Source of the DNA: a virus | Virus record (IMG/VR): IMGVR_UViG_3300032312_001008 | Location: 3,894 to 67,893 of that record | Strand: one strand, 5' to 3' | Length of the DNA: 64,000 bases | Part shown: one piece after another, positions 59,478 to 64,000 of the stretch | Layout: each line of letters starts with the position of its first letter | How positions within the stretch are numbered: the stretch's first letter is position 1 | Program-made: the position numbers and the translations under genes | Notes under the pieces: model-generated | What the model saw: the letters and a program-made list of their open reading frames with translations, nothing else | The model's database searches: none | Told to the model about the DNA's origin: nothing

Positions 59478-60070
59478 AATTAGCAGAGGCAATAGGAACT
59501 AAACTTCCAAAAACTATTTGTGCTATAGACGCAAGCACTAATAGCCTTGCCTTTGCTATTTTTAATACACAGGAAAAAACATTAAAGTCGGTAGGCAAGA
59601 TTAATTTTAAAGGTAAAGATACCTACGAAAAAGTTATGGATGCTGGGAAAAAAGTAAAGGCTTTTCTTGATATATACGAAGGATTTGAGGCTATCGTTAT
59701 TGAGCACACGGTATTTATGAATAGCCCTAAGACTGCTGCAGACCTTGCTCTTGTGCAAGGGGCTATTCTTGGAGCAGCAGGTCAGTCTGGTACGAAAGTT
59801 ATAGGCAAGGTGGCACCAATTACTTGGCAGAACTTTATTGGAAACAAGAAGATATCCAAAGATGAAAAACTATTTATTAAGTCTCAAAATCCAGGGAAGT
59901 CAGAGTCATGGCTTAAATCATATGAAAGAGATCTAAGAAAACAAAGAACAATAAACTTTATTAATATGCAATACGACAGAACAATTACAGATAACGATGT
60001 AGCAGATGCCTGCGGGATTGGACATTGGGCATTAAAAAATTGGAATAAGGCAATAGGGGAGGACAATTAA
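59474..60070 (+). CDS. RuvC-like Holliday junction resolvase
   Basis: AIDASTNSLAFA, IVIEH, LVQGAI, DNDVADACGIG. Confidence 0.85.
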   Translation: MKLAEAIGTKLPKTICAIDASTNSLAFAIFNTQEKTLKSVGKINFKGKDTYEKVMDAGKKVKAFLDIYEGFEAIVIEHTVFMNSPKTAADLALVQGAILGAAGQSGTKVIGKVAPITWQNFIGNKKISKDEKLFIKSQNPGKSESWLKSYERDLRKQRTINFINMQYDRTITDNDVADACGIGHWALKNWNKAIGEDN

Positions 60071-60714
60071 TGCCAGAGTTAAATGCAAATATACCACCAA
60101 TACACTGTTATGTAAGAGGTAACTATTTAAGAAATCATCAAGATAGCCACGACAAATACTTTGAGTGTGTAGTCTTTGGTGTTTCAAGTTTAAAGTCTAG
60201 AAGCCCACTGTTTCATATTATGATGCCAGATGGTGGACTATGGTGGAGACTTCCAATCTCTGCTTTTTGTACAGAGCCAGGAATCCCTGAAGTTGATCTG
60301 CATAATTTAGTTTTGTGGAATTCTTTTAGCCATCACATCTCTGTGACTCAATTTGAAAATCTAACTAACCTTAGAATGTCTTACATAGATAGAACAAAGA
60401 CAATGCACAAGGGAACATACCTATTTACATTAGACTGGCATAACCCAGATACAAATGTTTTAGATGATGGATATTCAGAAAGTCCAGCAGATCACAAGTG
60501 TGGTCATGTTATCCAGAGAGATGATGGAAACTTTGCTATCCAGCCTAACAATAGAGTTCGTGTATATGAGCCATCATTTACCCTTGAGAAAGAATATTTG
60601 ATTGATAGAATAATTAATGAAAGAAAATATGATGTTGAAAATCAAGACAAATGGATTATGGAAAACTCTGATAGGTTTAACTATGACATTAGTGAGAAAG
60701 AAGTTGACAATTAA
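60070..60714 (+). CDS. hypothetical phage protein
   Basis: 214 aa; WWRLPISAF, YLFTLDW, HKCGH, QPNNR motifs. Confidence 0.75.
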   Translation: MPELNANIPPIHCYVRGNYLRNHQDSHDKYFECVVFGVSSLKSRSPLFHIMMPDGGLWWRLPISAFCTEPGIPEVDLHNLVLWNSFSHHISVTQFENLTNLRMSYIDRTKTMHKGTYLFTLDWHNPDTNVLDDGYSESPADHKCGHVIQRDDGNFAIQPNNRVRVYEPSFTLEKEYLIDRIINERKYDVENQDKWIMENSDRFNYDISEKEVDN

Positions 60715-60718
60715 TATC

Positions 60719-60874
60719 GTGGGTGCTAAACTATATACAAGTGAAACATTTATGCGTAAGAGATATCTTATGGATAAAAAAACACCAGAAGACATTGCAA
60801 AAGAATGTGGATGCTCTTTAGAGACTGTCTATGTTTACCTTGCTAAATTCGGACTAAGGAAATCAAAGAGATGA
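60719..60874 (+). CDS. small HTH protein
   Basis: KTPEDIAKECGCSLETVYVYLAKFGL; probable GTG start at 60719 (start uncertain). Confidence 0.7.
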   Translation: MGAKLYTSETFMRKRYLMDKKTPEDIAKECGCSLETVYVYLAKFGLRKSKR

Positions 60875-60993
60875 AAAAAATTAAGTATGCCATGTTTGTA
60901 GTGTCTTTGGTGGCAGCGGTTGGTATATCCTACGCAACGTTAACTCTCAAAGGAATGCCAGACACTTTTGAAATGGAGGAAGATGATGAGTGA
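60871..60993 (+). CDS. small single-pass membrane protein, 40 aa
   Basis: Translated by hand: MKKIKYAMFVVSLVAAVGISYATLTLKGMPDTFEMEEDDE; ATGA overlap. Confidence 0.65.
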   Translation: MKKIKYAMFVVSLVAAVGISYATLTLKGMPDTFEMEEDDE

Positions 60994-61228
60994 AAGTTTA
61001 AACATAACGGTTGATCAAGTAAACAATCCACTACACTATACATCAGACCCATCTGGTATTGAGTGTATTGAGATAACTCGTCATCGTAATTTTAATATTG
61101 GTAATGCATTCAAGTATCTTTGGAGAGCAGGACTTAAGGATGAAGCAAAGACCATACAAGATTTAGAGAAGGCAATTTTCTATATTAAAGATGAGATAAA
61201 CAGATTAGAGGGCAAGTATGTCAACTGA
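60983..61228 (+). CDS. DUF3310/SaV-like protein
   Basis: DQVNNPLHYT..GIECIE...GNAFKYLWRAGLK...QDLEKAIFY; SD GGAGG. Confidence 0.85.
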   Translation: MMSESLNITVDQVNNPLHYTSDPSGIECIEITRHRNFNIGNAFKYLWRAGLKDEAKTIQDLEKAIFYIKDEINRLEGKYVN

Positions 61229-61754
61229 AGATGATTTAGTCAAGCATCTTGATCAAGTAAATCAGGTAGTAGAAGAATATCTAAAGGGTAATGACCCAAC
61301 AGTTATATCTAAGCAACTTTCAATACCAAGACAAAAGGTTGTAACTCTTATCAATGAATGGAAGGTCATGGCCTCAGCCAATGACGCTATCCGTGCTCGT
61401 GCTAAAGAAGCACTAGCAGCAGCGGATACACACTACAGCAAATTAGTATCTCGCACATACGAAGTTATTGATGAAGCATCTATGACTAATAACCTTAGTG
61501 CAAAGACTGCAGCAATTAAACTTGTAATGGATATTGAATCAAAGAGAATTGACATGCTTCAGAAGGCTGGCTTACTTGAGAACAAAGAACTTGCTGAAGA
61601 GATGATGGAAATTGAAAAGCGTCAGGAGATTCTTGTTCTTATCCTTAAAGATATTGCATCAGAGTACCCACAGGTTCGCGATGAAATTATGCGTAGACTT
61701 TCTGCATTTGCAAAAGACAATGAGGTGATTACAGTTGTCCACGATGTTCAATGA
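61218..61754 (+). CDS. putative terminase small subunit
   Basis: N-terminal HTH plus helical region; overlaps the terminase large subunit start. Confidence 0.6.
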   Translation: MSTEDDLVKHLDQVNQVVEEYLKGNDPTVISKQLSIPRQKVVTLINEWKVMASANDAIRARAKEALAAADTHYSKLVSRTYEVIDEASMTNNLSAKTAAIKLVMDIESKRIDMLQKAGLLENKELAEEMMEIEKRQEILVLILKDIASEYPQVRDEIMRRLSAFAKDNEVITVVHDVQ

Positions 61755-63519
61755 GTTTCTTGAAGCACTACAGGATGATCACTTTCAAGAGATGCCAGTA
61801 GACGCAAGAACATTTGTTGAAGGTGAAGCATACCTTGGACAACCAACCTTGTCTGATATCCAGTACGACATTGTCGAGGCAATGAGCCAGATCTATCGTA
61901 AAGAAGATTTGATTAATATAATGGGTGAAGAAAAAGGATCAAGGTACTACGATAAGTACACAAAGAATGAAATTATTCTGCAACTTGGCAAGGGATCTGG
62001 AAAAGACTTTACATCAACCGTAGCATGCTCATACATCGTATACAAACTTCTATGCCTAAAAGACCCAGCAAAATATTTTGGTAAGCCATCTGGAGATGCT
62101 ATCGACCTAATTAACGTCGCTATTAACGCACAACAAGCAAAGAATGTTTTTTTTAAAGGCTTTAAATCAAAGATTGAAAGATCCCCATGGTTTGCAGGAA
62201 AGTATTATGCAAAGGCTGACTCAATTGAGTTTGATAAATCAATTACTGTTTACTCTGGTCACTCAGAAAGAGAATCACATGAGGGTTTAAACCTTTTGCT
62301 TGCAGTACTTGATGAGATTTCTGGTTTTGCATCTGAGGTTGGGACAGGAAACGAACAAGGAAAGACTGCTGACAATATCTACAAGGCATTCCGTGGATCA
62401 GTAGACTCTCGATTCCCTGATCTTGGCAAGGTTGTTTTGCTTTCATTCCCAAGATATCCAGGAGATTTTATTTCAGAAAAGTATGAAGATGTGATTGCTG
62501 AAAAAGAAGTTATAGAAAGAACACATAAGTTTACGATTAATCCACTACTTCCAGAAGATAGCGCAGACAACTCGTTTGAAATTTCCTGGGACGAAGATCA
62601 AATCACATCATACAAATATCCAGGAGTGTTCGCATTAAAGAGACCCACATGGGAAGTAAACCCTACACGCAAGATCGATGACTTCATGATTGCATTTATG
62701 ACTGACCTTGGAGATGCAATGATGCGTTTTGCTTGTGTTCCAACATTTGCTTCCGACGCATTCTTTAAGCAGGCAGACAAGGTAAGATCCTGCATGACAT
62801 TGAGAAACCCAGTAGACACTTTTAAAAGATTCGATGAATCATTTAAGCCAGACCCAACAAAAAAATATTATGTTCATGCTGACCTTGCACAAAAGCACGA
62901 TAAGTGTGCGGTAGCAATTGCACATGTAGAAAAATGGGTAAACATTCAGGTAATTAATAACTATGAACAAGTAGCACCAATTGTAATAGTAGATGCAGTA
63001 GCATGGTGGGAACCAAAGGTAGAAGGCCCAGTTAACTTGTCAGAAGTTAAGCAGTGGATCCAAAACCTTAGAAGAATAGGGTTTGATATTGGAATGGTTT
63101 CTTTTGACCGTTGGCAATCATTTGATATACAAAATGAATTGAAGCAGGTTGGAATGAGAACTGATACTGTTTCTGTTGCCAAGAAGCACTATGAGGATAT
63201 GGCCATGCTTGTATATGAGGAAAGACTTGCCATGCCAGCAATTGATTTATTATTTGATGAACTAACACAGTTAAAGATTATGAAAAATGATAGAGTTGAC
63301 CATCCACGCAAAAAGTCAAAGGACTTGGCAGATGCTGTGTGTGGTGCTATTTTTGGGGCTATATCTAATACACCTAAAAATACAGACACTGAAGTTGAGA
63401 TTCACACTTTTAGGGATAGACCTAAGAGTCAACTTGACCTAGATAGGGACAATGTGATACACTTGAAACCTATGCCAGATGATGTAAAAGATTATTTGGA
63501 TAGATTTAACTTACTATAA
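61735..63519 (+). CDS. terL: terminase large subunit
   Basis: GKGSGKD Walker A, LLAVLDE Walker B, HADLA, FDRWQS, VDHP..KSKDLADA nuclease motifs. Confidence 0.93.
   Translation: MSTMFNEFLEALQDDHFQEMPVDARTFVEGEAYLGQPTLSDIQYDIVEAMSQIYRKEDLINIMGEEKGSRYYDKYTKNEIILQLGKGSGKDFTSTVACSYIVYKLLCLKDPAKYFGKPSGDAIDLINVAINAQQAKNVFFKGFKSKIERSPWFAGKYYAKADSIEFDKSITVYSGHSERESHEGLNLLLAVLDEISGFASEVGTGNEQGKTADNIYKAFRGSVDSRFPDLGKVVLLSFPRYPGDFISEKYEDVIAEKEVIERTHKFTINPLLPEDSADNSFEISWDEDQITSYKYPGVFALKRPTWEVNPTRKIDDFMIAFMTDLGDAMMRFACVPTFASDAFFKQADKVRSCMTLRNPVDTFKRFDESFKPDPTKKYYVHADLAQKHDKCAVAIAHVEKWVNIQVINNYEQVAPIVIVDAVAWWEPKVEGPVNLSEVKQWIQNLRRIGFDIGMVSFDRWQSFDIQNELKQVGMRTDTVSVAKKHYEDMAMLVYEERLAMPAIDLLFDELTQLKIMKNDRVDHPRKKSKDLADAVCGAIFGAISNTPKNTDTEVEIHTFRDRPKSQLDLDRDNVIHLKPMPDDVKDYLDRFNLL
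63434..63463 (+). promoter_or_regulatory. promoter TTGACC-18bp-TACACT with extended -10 TG
   Basis: Inside the 3' end of terL, upstream of the secreted-protein gene. Confidence 0.55.
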
Positions 63520-63535
63520 ACAAGGAGAATAAAGA

Positions 63536-64000
63536 ATGAATTCATTCAAGAAAATCGCACTAGCCGTGGTTGCAGCCATGACTTTGGGCATGGTCGCAGT
63601 AGCACCTGCAAATGCTACAGTAATGACAGTAGCAGTAACACTAGACGGAACAGCAAACACAACTAACGGTGTAATTGCTACCCCTGCTACATTACCAGTC
63701 CCAGCAGACAACACAATCGATGCAGCAGATGCACTACGGTTTGTGGCAACAGTAGCAGCAGGAACATCAGTTTCTGCAGTAGCAACTAACGCAACAATCG
63801 TATCAGCACTACACACATCAGCAGCACCAGTAGGAGCATCATCTGGATCATCATCTTTGACAATTGCAACAGGCACTGGAACAACTGCAACATTTTATGT
63901 CTACACAAAGACAACAGCAATTGGAACCGTTGTAATTAACAATGGTGGAACAACTCTTACATACTATGTACAGGGTACTGCTGGCAAAATCAATAACCTA
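63536..64000 (+). CDS. secreted Ala/Thr/Val-rich surface protein (S-layer/Ig-like), truncated by window end
   Basis: SD AAGGAG; Sec signal peptide MNSFKKIALAVVAAMTLGMVAVAPANA; frame stays open to 64000. Confidence 0.8.
   Translation, partial: MNSFKKIALAVVAAMTLGMVAVAPANATVMTVAVTLDGTANTTNGVIATPATLPVPADNTIDAADALRFVATVAAGTSVSAVATNATIVSALHTSAAPVGASSGSSSLTIATGTGTTATFYVYTKTTAIGTVVINNGGTTLTYYVQGTAGKINNL

Noticed and set aside
9883-63519. Inteins or introns in RNR, helicase, DnaE, RecA or terminase
   Set aside because: Lengths are ordinary, motifs are contiguous, and no splice-junction or homing-endonuclease motifs were seen
1-64000. tRNA, rRNA, integrase or transposase genes
   Set aside because: Intergenic gaps are short and explained by promoters and terminators; no cloverleaf or recombinase motifs were seen

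Overview
About 64 kb of an AT-rich, densely coded tailed-phage (Caudoviricetes, siphovirus-like) genome, almost entirely on the + strand. Left to right: tail fibre/receptor-binding module with an inserted SAM methyltransferase and two Fe/2OG-type dioxygenases; class II ribonucleotide reductase plus two prolyl-hydroxylase-like genes; head genes (portal, protease/scaffold, HK97-type capsid); neck and tail genes with a giant 3928-aa tape-measure protein; tail-tip genes; a replication/recombination module (DnaB, primase, SSB, DnaE, RecA, nucleases) interrupted by five tandem Fe/2OG dioxygenase paralogues; terminase; and the start of a secreted surface-protein gene. The host is inferred, not shown, to be a low-GC freshwater actinobacterium. 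Top candidates for undescribed biology: (1) an FN3 virion protein ending in an (F-S-P-F-G)n tail next to dioxygenases, with nine dioxygenase genes in total, suggesting a virion-protein modification system; (2) a tape-measure protein carrying kinase-like and ADP-ribosyltransferase-like cargo delimited by repeated motifs; (3) tail chaperones encoded as duplicated genes rather than by frameshift; (4) apparent absence of AGCT; (5) two promoter classes. All family calls come from motif reading by eye; no searches were run.
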